Assembly (NCBI RefSeq): GCF_001194135.2
Contig: NC_068983.1
Coordinates: forward strand, 54,929,467 to 54,993,466
Direction: 5' to 3'
Length of the DNA: 64,000 nt
Source of the DNA: Octopus bimaculoides
Lineage: Eukaryota
Positions 14,195 to 27,430 of this stretch are shown one piece after another (the first letter of the stretch is position 1; each line of letters begins with the position of its first letter). The position numbers were made by a program, and so were the translations under genes. The notes beneath the pieces are model-generated. The model had not been told where the DNA came from. It saw nothing but the letters and a program-made list of their open reading frames with translations, and made no database searches.

Positions 14195-15737
14195 TTGTAC
14201 ACCTGATAGGCTTCTTTTAGTTTCCTATTACCAATTCACTCACAAGGCTTTGGTTAGCTGGGTCTATAGTAAAAGACACTTGCCCATGCAGTGGGACTGC
14301 CTGAGACTTCTTGGTTGAGAGGTGAGCTTCTTAATCTCACAGTAACTCCTACGGATAGTATTGTTATTATAGACAATAATGTTATACTCTGCAATGACTG
14401 TTATAAAATATAATACTGCATTTGTATAAAACTTACAGTACAGTCCTTTGCTCTACTAACTGAACTATCAAATATCTCCTCTATGGTCTTGCAAGTTACT
14501 TGGAAACCCTGCTGGTGCTGGTGCCACCAAAAAGCACCTAGTACACTCTGTTAACTGGTTGGTGTTAGGAAGGTCATCCAGCTGTAGAAACTATATGAAA
14601 ACAGAAACTGGAGTCTGGTGCAGTTCTCCAGCTTACCAATACCTGTCAAACTGTCTTACCCATGCCAGCAGGGAAAACAAACATTAAATGATGATGATGA
14701 TGATATGTAAATTTCACTCATTTTAACAAATATTTTTACTATTACATTTGATTTAAGTTTCATATATTTGTTGATAAATTTTGTTTGTTTTAGGCAACCC
14801 AAATGTTAAAATGTCTGTTTTGAATTTTAGCCAATTTATAATTATATTTCTGGTAGATTTATTTAAAGAACAAATTAATCAGGATATTTGGCTTAGATTG
14901 AGAAAAGTAATTATTATAATAAGATACACATCATCATTGTCGTCATCCTTTTTTACATCTAATTTTCCGTGCTTGCATGGGTCAGATGAGAATATGTTGG
15001 ATCAATTCCTTTTTTATGGCTGAGTGCCTTTCTTCTCACCACAGGAAATATATAAATGGATGATATTAGAATCAGAAATACATCTGTTTTAGATATTTTA
15101 ATGTTATATGTATTTTATTTTCAGATCATCATCATCGTTTAACGTCCGTTTTCCATGCTAGCATGGGTTGGATGGTTTCATTAGGGACTGGCAAGCCAGT
15201 AGGCTGCACCAGGCTCCAATCTAATCTGGCAAGGTTTCTACAGCTGGATGCCCTTCCTTATGCCAACCACTCCAAGAGTGTAGTGGGTGCTTTTTATGTG
15301 CTACCGGCACAAGAGCCAGTCAGGGCAGAGGTGCTGGCATTGACCACGTTCAGATGGTGTGTTTTACGTGCCACTGGCATAGGGAGCCAGTCAGGCGATG
15401 CTGGCAGCAACTTATACTCAAATGGTGTTTATTTCGTGCCACCAGCACGGATGCCAGTCAGGCGGCACTAGCATCTGCCACGACTACAATTTTCATTTTG
15501 ATTTTGATTTAAAAAAAATTTTTTATTTTTTTATTTTACTTGACACAATAGGTCTTCTCAAGCGCAGCATATCGCCCAATAATTCAAGGGTACTTTTAAA
15601 TGGGCTGTTTATGTGACACTGGTATAAGTTACGGCTGTGATCTCACTTTACTTGCCAGGTCTTCTCAATCACAGCTGGGAATGAAACATTATATTGTCTT
15701 TTGTAAAATGAAATATTAAACTGTCTTTTGTATAAAA

Positions 15738-16288
15738 CAGTGGTTCTCAACTAGGGTCCATGTATGACTTTTGGGATCCCACATAAGCAAAATAGTAAAT
15801 TGGGGGTTCACAGTGGTATTTTAAGGGTCCACAAAGAAAAGAAAAAGGGAAAGGTTACTCTGGATGTATTTACTGCAAGAAACAGGTTTCTTTCTCTAAA
15901 ATTTTACACAGTTCAACCTATACAATGTGTGAAAAGCAAAATAAGAATTTTGAAAGGAGTTTCTATAAAACTAGTTTTCAAACATTGAATGGCTATGGGG
16001 GTCCACCAGAATAAAATAGTATTCAAAGGGGTCCATAGATAAAAAAATAGTTGAGAACCCCTACTTTAGATTTATATATTGGTATGTATTGCAAGAAACA
16101 GCTAGATTTCTTTCTCTAACATTTTACATAGTTCAACTTATACAAGTTAATGTGTGAAAAAGCAAAATAGGAATTTTGAAAGAAGTTTCTATAAAATTCG
16201 TTTTTAAACATTAAATGGCTGTGGGGATCCACCAGAATAAAATAGTAATCAAAGGGGTTCATAGATAAAAAATGGTTGATAACCACTA
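15738..16288. mobile_element. hAT-type (Charlie/MER5-like) MITE with a tandemly duplicated 3' half
   Basis: Left TIR CAGTGGTTCTCAAC at 15738-15751, right TIR GTTGAGAACCCCTA at 16050-16063. A second copy of the distal ~200 bp ends GTTGATAACCACTA at 16275-16288. Confidence 0.75.
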
Positions 16289-16799
16289 CTATGAATTATT
16301 ATGATCTCTTTTGTATAAGCTGCCTAGGTCCAGCTTATACTTTAAAATGAAATATTTCCTTCTCTACAAGCTGGTTAGGTTCAGTTTTGGTTAGGTCTGG
16401 CTTATACAGTTAAAATATATTCTTTTTTTTTATATAAGCTGTCTTGGGAGTTACATGGTGACCTCATTAGTGCTGGTGTCGTGTAAAAAGTTCCCTGTAC
16501 ACTCTATAAATAGGTTGGTATTAGGAAGGGCATCCAGCTGTAAAAGCCATGCCAAAACATGAAGTCCACTGGCTCACCAGATCCTGTCACACTGTCCAAC
16601 CCATGCCAGCATGGAAGACAGATTTTAAATTAGGATTATGATGCCTGGGTCTAACTCATTCAAAAAATACAATATTTATTTTATTTCGTGAGATGAATAA
16701 CTCCAGCAAAATCATTACAAATGAGCAGCTCAGTATCATTTGCAGAATAAGCTCGTCATTGTTGCTGAGATTTTATTACTTCGAATATAATTAACTACA

Positions 16800-17355
16800 G
16801 GAGGTGCAATGGCCCAGTGATTAGCGCAGCGGACTCGCGGTCATAGGATCGCGGTTTCGATTCCCAGACTGGACGTTGTGAGTGTTTATTGAACGAAAAC
16901 ACCTAAAGCTCCACGAGGCTCCGGCAGGAGATGGTGGCGAACCCTGCTGTACTCTTTCACCACAACTTTCTAGTGGAGGCACAATGGCCCAGTGGTTAGG
17001 GCAGCGGACTCGCGGTCATAAGGTCGCGGTTTCGATTCCCAGACTGGGCGTTGTGAGTGTTTATTGAACGAAAACACCTAAAGCTCCACGAGGCTCCGGC
17101 AGGGGATGGTGGCGAACCCTGCTGTACTCTTTCACCACAACTTTCTCTCACTCTTACTTCTTGTTTCTGTTGTGCCTGTAATTCAAAGGGTCAGCCTTGT
17201 CACTGTGTCACACTGAATATCCCCGAGAACTACGTTAAGGGTACACGTGTCTGTGGAGTGCTCAGCCACTTGCACGTTAATTTCACGAGCAGGCTGTTCC
17301 GTTGGTTGGATCAACTGGAAACCTCGACGTCGTAAGCGACGGACAACCAACAACA
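16800..17355 (+). mobile_element. tRNA-headed SINE family D: truncated plus full head-to-tail dimer with a 13-bp TSD
   Basis: A-box TGGCCCAGTGG, B-box GGTTTCGATTCC, (CAA)n tail. ATAATTAACTACA occurs at 16787-16799 and 17356-17368. Confidence 0.88.
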
Positions 17356-19286
17356 ATAATTAACTACATTTTACTCCAACTTTTTGTTAGTTTATTGCTA
17401 TTTTACTTTAATATATTCGTAGTTGAAATTACATTTTTTTTTTTTAGAGCATTGCAGCGACAGTAACTAAATAGTTTCTTTTTCTGACAGTGAAGTAAAC
17501 AACTTGATCAAAGTAGTCTTTTCTGATTTCATCCCAAAACTGTAAATATTTGGCTTTACTGCATTTGAAAAATTTTAATATCTTGCATAGTTTCAAATGA
17601 TTGTTGCAATTGAATTAGATGTGTCATAGGCCAGTACTGACTGAAACCTATCTTAAGTTTACGTCATACTTGCAGTAAAATGATAATCATCATCATCATT
17701 TTAATGTCCGCTTTTCCATGGGTCAAATGGATTTTATTGAGACAGACTTTTGATGTAGGGACTTGAAGATGGGACGTATGAATCATTCTTGGCAGTCAAA
17801 ACCAAAAATCACTTGACAGTGGTTATTTGACAACATACACAATAGTCAATTCCTAAGCATGACAGAATGTATGGATCATTCTCAGTAGTCAGAACAAAGC
17901 ATCAACACAATACCTCAAATAATAATAGAACACTGTATTTGCCAACTGAATGAAGTATGAGCCATTTGAAAAACTTTTGCTGACAATGTTGCAATTAATT
18001 GCAATTAATTGATATGATAGCAATCAATTATTTAATTGGCAGTATGACTCCAATCAATTAATTGGACCAATGTATTGTAATTAATTTTTTACAACCTCTA
18101 CTTCTTACCACATAGCCACGCTTGCACCTAAATATTAACTCTGAGTATATCTCTTTTACTCTCTCTTCCATCTTCTCTCTGTATGATATAAAGCATGCCT
18201 GGAGAAGTCAACGAACCAACCAACTTGGTTATTATTAATGTAACAAGCTGCCAGAATCGTTAGTATGCCAGACAAAACAAAAGGAAAAAAGAAAAATGCT
18301 TAACAACATTTCTTCTGGTTGTATATTCTGAGTTCAAATGCTGCTGAGGTTAACTTTGTTTTTTTATCCTTTCAAGGCTGATAAAAATAAGTACCAATTG
18401 TGCATTGCAGTCTGTGTTTTTGGCTTACCCCTCCCCTTAAACTTACTGGCCTTGAGCCAAAAATTTGAAAGCATTATTAAATAGAGATTGTTATTTTTTG
18501 AAATTTCTAGAACAGAATTAATTCAAATCAAACATAAAACGCCTGTATTTCTGTCTGACTTTTCATAATCTGTGGCATCAATGAATGACTTATTAAACTA
18601 CTTATGGCAGGAAACAAAAAAGAAAAAAAAAGAGACTTTTGACACGTGTTTCTCAAGGACATTACACCGTGTAAATTACATGAATAGATTCTGACTCTGA
18701 ATTGCATCTATTCCACAGACATTACTTTCTAAATATTTAAAACCATTTAATGCAGCTTCTCTTAGTAATAATTATACATAATAGTTTTACATACAGCATA
18801 GTATGAACATAAATCTAACTCTCTATTTGGCTGGATATGTTGCTGGCTCATTATGATGGGTAGTAGCAATGTTGTTTATGACAGACCTCAAAATTGGGAT
18901 GAGGGAGGGCAATGGGTGGTTATTGTCTTTTTTTAAAATTTTTTTTTTAGCTGCTGATGGTGTACGATGTTGTATTGATTGCATTAGCACTTAACTAGTG
19001 CAATTCTAGACAGTTCACTATTGTATTACAGCAGCAGCATTTGATAGTTCAGAGGGAAGGTACAAATTTTGGCTGTAAAAGTAGAACAACTTATAATATA
19101 CTTAGTGTTTGCTAGTATATACTTGCCACAAGTGTGTAATCATCAGCAAGCTGTAAGTCAAGAGATTATTACCATACAGTTTATAGGATTTTCTCCTCAG
19201 TATCAGAACTGACTGAATTTCTTGTTCTAAATATTTTTAGGATCCATCCTGCCGGTCTTCTGCACATTGTTAGAAATTTAGTAACA

Positions 19287-19463
19287 CATCATCATCATCA
19301 TTTTCTTCATCTTCATCATCATCATCATCATTTTCTTCATCATCACCATCATTTTCTTTTTCAACTTCTCCATCATCATCATCGTCATCATCATCTTCAT
19401 TTTCATCATCTTCATCATCTTCATTTTCATCATCATCTTCATCATCATCTTTTTCTTCAACTT

Positions 19464-19505
<42 letters not shown>

Positions 19506-19532
19506 ATTCTTCATCATCATCGTGTTCATCAT
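19287..19532. repeat. Degenerate (CAT/CTT)n trinucleotide array
   Basis: Read directly. It gives poly-D/E and poly-M pseudo-ORFs on the minus strand and merges into the (CAT)n tail of a retroelement. A similar array lies at 25400-25555. Confidence 0.9.
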
Positions 19533-20381
19533 CTAATATCCACTTTTCCATGTTTGGGTCAGATGGAAATTCATTGAGGTGGATTTATTTCTTTTTACAA
19601 GTAGATGCCCTTCCTGTTGCCAACACTCAACTGTTTCCAAGCAAGGTAATACATCCCCATAACTAGCCATGTTTTGTTTCCCATGGAAGACTGGAAATGA
19701 ACAGCCTCATTTGTATGACAAAAATGCTCATTTACAACCATCATATAATGTCTAGATAAAAACACATACAAACACACACACAATAGGCTTCTTTCAGTTT
19801 CTCTCACCAGATCCACTCACAAGGCTTATAGTAGAAGATACTTACCCAAGATTGCCATGCATTGGGATTGAACCCAAGACAGCATGGTTGAGAAACAAGC
19901 TTCTTAACCAAACTGCCATTCCTGAACCTACTTCTACATGTATGAAATTAATTCCTGAATTTGGCACAAGTTCTTATTCTGAGATTTCTATCTCTTTCGT
20001 TCTTGTCTATGTAGATAGCAAAATCTGAGATGACTGATAAGAACATTATTGAAACATTTTCAGCATTAAATTTCCAGATTCTTTTATCAGCTCACTTGTG
20101 TATATGGCATTAAAGTCTTTCTGAAGATTCCTGATATGATCGACACCAATGATAGCCTTTGAAAAGTTGATATCATTGACAGAAAATGAGGATGACTGTT
20201 TTAATAGCTACAGCTATTAGGCGCAGGCATGGCTGTGTGGTAAGAAGTTCGCTTACCAACCACATGGTTCCGGGTTCAGTCCCACTGCATGGCACCTTGG
20301 GCAAGTGTCTTCTATTATAGCCTTGGGCTCACCAAGGCCTTGTGGGTGGATTTGGTCAACAGAAACTGAAGGAAGCCCATC

Positions 20382-20417
<36 letters not shown>

Positions 20418-20451
20418 TTGTGTGTCTGTGTTTGTTCCCCCAACATCGCTT

Positions 20452-20939
20452 GGCCATTTCTCATCTTGTATGAGGAATACCAAATGTCTTCATGTACTAC
20501 CTGCCTGATAAGAAACTGAGACACTCCCATGTCCCTGGTAATGGACCTGATTGTCTTGGAGGGATCATTGTCAATCATACCTGGATCTCACCAACAAATT
20601 CAGGTGTTCTTTTCTTATCAGAATGAGTTTTCAGAGCTGCTGTACCTTTGTAATCATCATTAGACTCATCCAGCTCTTTCCAAATCCTCTGCACTGTCCT
20701 CAGATTGACACGCAAACACTCTGAAATGTTCGTATTGGAGCTTCTGGCACGAATGCCATGCAGTATAGCATGTCGTTTCCAAATTTCTGACAGAGTGAAT
20801 TACATCATGGTGCTGTTTTTCTCACAGACAATGCCCAACTGACCCTGCTATACTGTGTAGTTGACAAAATCAAAAACAAGCAATTCGCATGCACGAAATT
20901 ACAAAGATAAAATGTCAACAATTTACTCAGTGCACCCTG
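20452..20939 (-). mobile_element. Tc1/mariner transposon 5' fragment (TIR plus degenerate N-terminal transposase)
   Basis: Minus strand starts TA|CAGGGTGCACTGAGTAAATTGTTGAC at 20939. It encodes ...KKRTPEFVGEIQ/MIDNDPSKTIRSITRDMGVSQFLIRQVVHEDIWYSSYKMRNGQ, an HTH region. It is truncated against a SINE at 20451. Confidence 0.8.
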
Positions 20940-21739
20940 TATATATATCTGAAATATGATGGGCTTCTTTCAGTTTCCATCTGTGAAATCCATTTGGAAG
21001 TCTTTAGTCAAGACTGTAGTAAAAGACATTTGTCCCCAGGTGCTGTGCAAAGAGACTGAACCCAAAACCATGCGGTTGGGAATCAAACTTCTTAGTGAAA
21101 TGTTACAAACAGTAATGAACCGTTGTCCCAAAAAGTTCCTAGGTGTGGGGCAGGGGTACTCTGAGTTGTTGCCAAGTTTTGAAAATGTACTGTTGACAAC
21201 AACACATTTATCTTTGTCAATTCAATAGGCATACAACTGTTCTGCTGTTCTACCAGCCATGCTGGGATTTCACAGTTTGTGGCTTATAATAATCCCATAA
21301 CTAAATTTTGTTTTTTTTGTTTTTCAAAGTTCAGCTCTATCTGAATTTCGTAAATGTAGATTTTTGCATTTGATTTATTAAACAGCTGCTACTAAATCTA
21401 GTCATTATGTTACAATGACTTTGGGAGGACACTGCTACCTGAGGAGAAAATTGTGATAAGTATCAGAATTTGAGTATAAACTAGCATATATTACTAAGTC
21501 ATTCTTTTCTAAGAACATAAACAGGCTTTTGTATTGATGACCTGAACTCACTTGGGTTTTATATTTATCAGCTTGCGAAGACCTGTTGGGGCCAGTGAGA
21601 TCGAAACTGAACCAAATTCTTTTCTTGTAATTCTCTCCATTAGTTTGTCTGCAATTATTACTCTAGAGCTGTAGGTGCAACTATTTATTTTTATGTTCAA
21701 GAGTCCAGCTGGAGGGTAAAATTAGACACAGGGGTCCCG

Positions 21740-22030
21740 GTCTTACTCACTCACTTGTGCTTTTGTTTGAGAGGGGTGGTTTCATCCCATGTTAGTGGTC
21801 CCACAGGCATCATCATGCATAGAACCAACCAGGTCTACCAGTGCCCCTCTTAGCTGGCGGTCCCATGCCAGACCCTCTGCATCCTCCAAGATGATGTTGA
21901 GCCTCTGGAAATCTTCCTTAATCGCATCTGGTCATCTGGTGCAGACCCTTCCATGGGGTGTCCTTCTGCCTGCAGCTGCTACCTCGAACGAGAGGGTTAG
22001 AATGACAGAAAACGTCCTCTGCTGGATTTG
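21740..22030 (-). mobile_element. Degenerate LINE (RTE-like) C-terminal fragment
   Basis: Minus strand reads GRRTPHGRVCTR*PDAIKEDFQRLNIILEDAEGLAWDRQLRGALV, resembling the GRPRxRWxDxIKEDL...AxDRxxWR end of RTE ORFs. Confidence 0.55.
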
Positions 22031-22313
22031 AATTTTGTCTGGTGTAGTAAAGCCCCTACTGTATTTATTCCAGTATAATAAAACCTCAAATAAAAAGTAA
22101 CCCACCAACACCTCTCTTTTACTCTTTCATTTGTTACAGTCATCTGACTGCGGCCACGCTGGAGCACTGCTTTTAGTCAAACTAATCAACTCCAGGACTT
22201 ATTTTTTGTAAGCCTAGTACTTATTCTATCAGTCACTTTTGCCGAACTGCTAAGTTACGGGGATGTAAACACACCAGCATTGGTTGTCAAGCGATGGTAG
22301 GGGGACAAGCACA

Positions 22314-22353
<40 letters not shown>

Positions 22354-22927
22354 CGACGGGCTTCTTTCAGTTTCTCTCTACCAAATCCACTCACAAGGCT
22401 TTGGTCGGTCCGAGGCTCTAGTAGAAAACACTTGCCCAAGGTGCCACGCAGTGGGACTGAACCCGGAGCTATGTGGTTGGTAAGCAAGCTACTTAGCACA
22501 GAGCCACTCTGCTTCTCATATTTAAAAAAACAAAAATATATTTTATCTCTTGAGCACAACTTTGACCCTGATGGTGCCTATGGAATTCCTTGCATAGAAA
22601 TACAGTAATTAAATCCTGCAAGATATTTAACCAAACATTATGGCAATTGTAACGATTATCTTGAAGAAGTCTTAAACAAATAGAGATAAATGTCTCGCGA
22701 AGGGGCACAACACAACTCTTGCTGCTAAATATAAATATATCACATGATGAGGATACTCTATCTTCGCTTTGGTATTCACTCTATGACTACCACTAGCATG
22801 GTGATAGTGATTGTAGCAATAATAATAATAATTACAATAATATTACTGCTTGTTATTTCCTCATTATTTTCATCTTCTTATCGTCATTATAAAAACAACA
22901 CGATAATGATAATAATAATAAATAAAT

Positions 22928-23477
22928 AAATGCCTGGATGCAGTACCAGGCAGTGGCTCTCATGGCTTCTGATCTTAATTGATTGGAAGTGTTATCATGT
23001 ACAGTGTTTTGTCTTGGTATAAAAGATGGGCTACAGCAAATATTCTGCTCAATACCACAGGTTTGCTTGCCAGTTATTTGACCTTAACCAGTTGAGCAGG
23101 TCCCTTGGTGGCTGACGATATGTGCATCTCTGATCATGAGCAGAAGTAGTGGTGGAGCATCATAGCCATGTGTTGAGAGGAATTCTTTGAGGTTTGAATA
23201 ATTCACCTTTGGAAACATGGGTGTTTTGCTCAACATCCTTAAACAAACCTTATTCAGGGACCTTTTGAGTGGCATGGGCTACTCGACCTGAAGAAAATTC
23301 TAACTGGGCCCCACCTGTGAGGTCATGCGCTGTTTATTTTGATATGAGATCACCATGTCGCGCACATATGGTTGTGATGCATGTGCCTGGTGTACCCTTA
23401 TCAGATGGGTAGTCATGATGGGTATATTGGGTTTCATATATTTTACCCCAGTGTCACTTTGATGGTATGCACTGCTC

Positions 23478-23478
<1 letters not shown>
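22928..23478. mobile_element. Interspersed repeat family E, second copy
   Basis: Collinear with 4565-5087 and flanked by (AAT)n on both sides. Confidence 0.85.
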
Positions 23479-23516
<38 letters not shown>

Positions 23517-23564
23517 TAATAATAATAATCCTTTCTAATTTTGACATGGCAGAATAATAATAAT

Positions 23565-23985
23565 ACTTTCTACTATTGGCACAAGGCCTGAAATTTTGGA
23601 GGTGTGGGATAGTCGATTACATTAGCACCATTGCTCAACTGGTACTATTTTATTGACCCCATGAAGATGAAAGACAAAGTCGATTTTGACAGAATTTGAA
23701 CTTGAAATGTAATAATAATAATAATAATAATAATGATTATAATAATAATCCTTTCTACTAAAGGCACAAATCCTGAAATTTTGGAGGGGGGGACTAGTCG
23801 ATTTTAGAGGAGGGGGATAAGTTGATTACATTGACCCCAATGCTCAACTGGTACTTATTTTATCGACCCAGAAATGATGAAAGGCAAAGTTAACCTTGGT
23901 AGAATTTGAAATCAGAATGTAAAGACGGATGAAATACCACTAAGCATTTTGTCTGGTGTGCTACCAATTCTGCCAGTTTTCCACC

Positions 23986-24035
<50 letters not shown>

Positions 24036-24254
24036 CATAATCATTTCCACTATAAGCATAAGGCATGAAATTTGGTGGTAGGGGACTAGTTGATTACTTC
24101 TTCCCTAGTGTTTGACTGGTACTTAATTTATTGACCTTGAAAGGATGAAGGCAAAGTCAACCTCAGTGGAATCTGAACACAGAACATAAAGATGGACAAA
24201 AGCCACTAAGCGTTTTGCCTGGCATGCTAACAATTCTGGTAGCTTTTCACCTGA

Positions 24255-24289
<35 letters not shown>

Positions 24290-24505
24290 GGTTTCAAATT
24301 TTGTCACAAGAGCAGCAACTTCGGGTAAAGGGATGAGTCTATCACATCGACCCCAGTGTTCAACTGGTACTTACTTTATAGACCCCGAAAGGATGAAAGG
24401 CAAGGTCGACCTCGGTGGAATTTGAACCCAAAATGTAAAGAGAGATGAAATGCTGCTCAGCATTTTTCCCGGTGTGCTAACGATTCTGCCAGCTCGCTGC
24501 CTTGA
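23565..24505 (-). mobile_element. Array of four or more same-orientation SINE family A copies separated by (AAT)n
   Basis: Copies at about 23565-23710, 23750-23990, 24045-24255 and 24290-24505. Each has the ...AAAGGATGAAAGGCAAAGTCGACC...GAATTTGAAC core. Confidence 0.85.
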
Positions 24506-24875
24506 ATAATAGGAATAATCTTATTTAATTTTGGCAAAAGACCTGCAATTTTGAAGTGGGGGTGGGGTGGAGTGTGATAACCAGTGTTGGTGTGTTTATG
24601 TCCCTGTAACTTAGAGACCAATAGAATAAGCAACAGGCTTAAAAAAAATGCGTACTTAGGTCAATTCATTTAACTAAAAATGCTTCAAGGTGATGCCCCA
24701 GCATGGCCACAGTCTAATGACTGGAACAAATAGGTTGTTGGTAGATTGACTTAGTACTGGAAGGAATGGCTGGCTTCCAGTGTTTTTTTAGTCGCAAAGT
24801 CGGTGAGTTCAAATTCCTTCAGAGCTGACTTTTTCCTGACATCTTACTGGGTTGGGTGCAGAGGTGGCGGCGTTG

Positions 24876-24907
<32 letters not shown>

Positions 24908-25858
24908 GATCTCATTAAAACAAACATCGGGTAATGAACTGAAGATCAGTGCACACGTCTACCCCCATTCCATCCATCCCTCTATAAATATGTGGCCTTC
25001 TGCCAAAATCCGCAATTAATATTTTCTTGTTAAAAGCCCCTCTGAGCTATGAGGAAATGGAACGCAAAAGGGTGAGATTGTAGCGTCTGTATATATTTCA
25101 TACAGCTTATTGTTCAATAAGTGAGGCCATTACAACTGGTTGTTGCTCTAAAACTGGGTCATTAAACTAAAACACTACCAACCAATATTAACTGTAATAG
25201 TTATTGATCAGTAGAGTTAGGTGCAGTCTTTAGAGACTGATTCTGACATCATGCATTTGTATTTGACAAAAATAAGTTATCCATCATGGTGATGGAAAAG
25301 TTTTTTCCTTCCAATGGAAAAAAAAAAAAGCTTTCAAGAGACGTAGCGTCTGTGAGGATGAGGTGAGGTGTAGTGGAGGGGGTGGTGACAGTGATCCTCA
25401 CTATCATTGTCGTCATCATCACCACCACCACCACCATCATCATTACCACCACCATCTCCATCATCATCATCATCATCATCTCCATCAATAATCACCATCA
25501 CCACCATCATCACTATCATCAGCATTGTCGTCATCATCCCTACGTCATCATCATGATTGTGTTACTGCTACACATACTGTTTCAAAACATTTGCCTCTAT
25601 GCCCCCCCCCCACCTACCTTTCTATATTGATGTCATAAGACAGTGGCTATTTATGTGTGTTTACTTTCGGGTTCTTTTCTGTTATTTTTCTTTGAATATT
25701 TCATGCTAAGAAATCAATGCTTTCACCTTTACATCCATCATTACCTGACTGCTTGGAGGCTTGACTCAGTTGTCCAGCTATAGCTAAATAACAATAAAGA
25801 TAACAATGAAAGACGTATATGTACAAAGAATGACAGATATTTTCAAAGACTAAATCGT

Positions 25859-26084
<226 letters not shown>

Positions 26085-26219
26085 ATATATATATATATAT
26101 ATACAGGCACAGAAGGCTTAGTAAGTTATGGAGATAGAGTGACTATGGAAGTCTATTAGTACAATGTTAACTATATAATAATATATCATAATAATAATAT
26201 ATATACTCCGAGTATAACT

Positions 26220-26575
26220 GAAAATGCTGAACTATTGAGAAATCTGCAATTACTGTATCCAGATTAAAAGTTAAGGTTTATACTTGTAATTATTAGGGCT
26301 CTAAGACGACAGATCCAATCCAGTACTGGAACTGTAAAAATTTGCAAAACTTTCCACAAGTTTATCATTTAAATATATATGAGCATGTCTAGATATGTAA
26401 CTATATGCATGGAAATACATACATAAAACATACAAATCTGTACAGACAAACAAACAAAAATACCCTGTTGTTGATGTTGAAATTCCAATGAAGGAGCCTT
26501 AGATCTTGGTTAGAAACCGGCTCTTTCTCTATTGGCAAGAAATCTTGAAATAAACTGAATAATGACATACATACA
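26220..26575 (+). mobile_element. 3' end of an RLE-type non-LTR retrotransposon (deleted), with 3' UTR and (CATA)n tail
   Basis: Reads ENAELLRNLQLLYPD*KLRFILVIIRAL/RRQIQSSTGTVKICKTFHKFII*, resembling the (F)IPVIIGALG RLE C-terminus. Confidence 0.5.
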
Positions 26576-27237
26576 TATGTATGTAAAGGGATTTTTTTTT
26601 CTTTTGTATTAGAGGCAAGGCTGGTTTTTCTAGCTGATGTAGTTTATAGAGAAGTAGATGAATTCCAGTGTATTACTGGTATTTAATTAACTCACATTTG
26701 TTGGATGAGAAAATGCAGTTGACCTTTGTAAGTTTTCAGCTGCTAATCTCAAAGAGCTAAATATAACATTACAGTAAGATTACCATCAAGTCCCCCACCC
26801 CTTACCTGAGACATTGACATCTTTCCACAAGCATAAAGCTTGAAATTTATAGAATAATCAAAGGCATTCATGCTTTTCCACAAAGGATTTTTGTCTAGTA
26901 TTTGAAGTAAATACCTGTAGCTTGCTTATTTGGCTTGTTTGAATTTCTTATTCATCTCCAGAAAGTATTGTGATGTTTCAGCTTAAAAGGTCTGAAGTAT
27001 GAAGAGACACTTCTCCTGGATAGGATGACTGTCCACTGCAGGCTTCTCACTCATCTGTGACATTTAACTCTAGAGTAGAAACAGACATGGGCACTTCTGT
27101 ATGGTTGTTTGACCTATTAGAAAGATCACACGCTAACAAATTAAGCAAAACAAAAAAAGAAAGTAAAAAGAAAAAGGAAGGATACAGTTAAGTGTAGTCC
27201 TAGATTATTTAAAAATAAAATAAAATTTAGTAGAATT

Positions 27238-27395
27238 AGGAGTGGCTGTGTGGTAAGTAGCTTGTTTAAGAACCACATGGTTCTGGGTTTAGTCCCACTG
27301 CGTGGCACCTTGGGCAAGTGTCTTCTACTATAGCTTCGGGCCGACCAAACCCTTGTGAGTGGATTTGGTAGACGGAAACTGAAAGAAACCTATCG

Positions 27396-27430
<35 letters not shown>

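Noticed and set aside
16800-16880. tRNA-like sequences (here and at 33102, 42597 and the family A/B heads) as real tRNA genes
   Set aside because: They have A/B boxes but no complete cloverleaf or acceptor stem, and they continue into SINE bodies with tails and TSDs.
19270-19551. Acidic poly-D/E ORF on the minus strand
   Set aside because: It is simply the (CAT)n tail and array of a repeat, with no splice signals or domain.
26478-26527. CCAATGAAGG...AGAAACCGGCTC, a hammerhead-like layout in a LINE 3' UTR
   Set aside because: The core reads CCAAUGA rather than CUGANGA and the stems are poor, so it cannot be supported from one copy.
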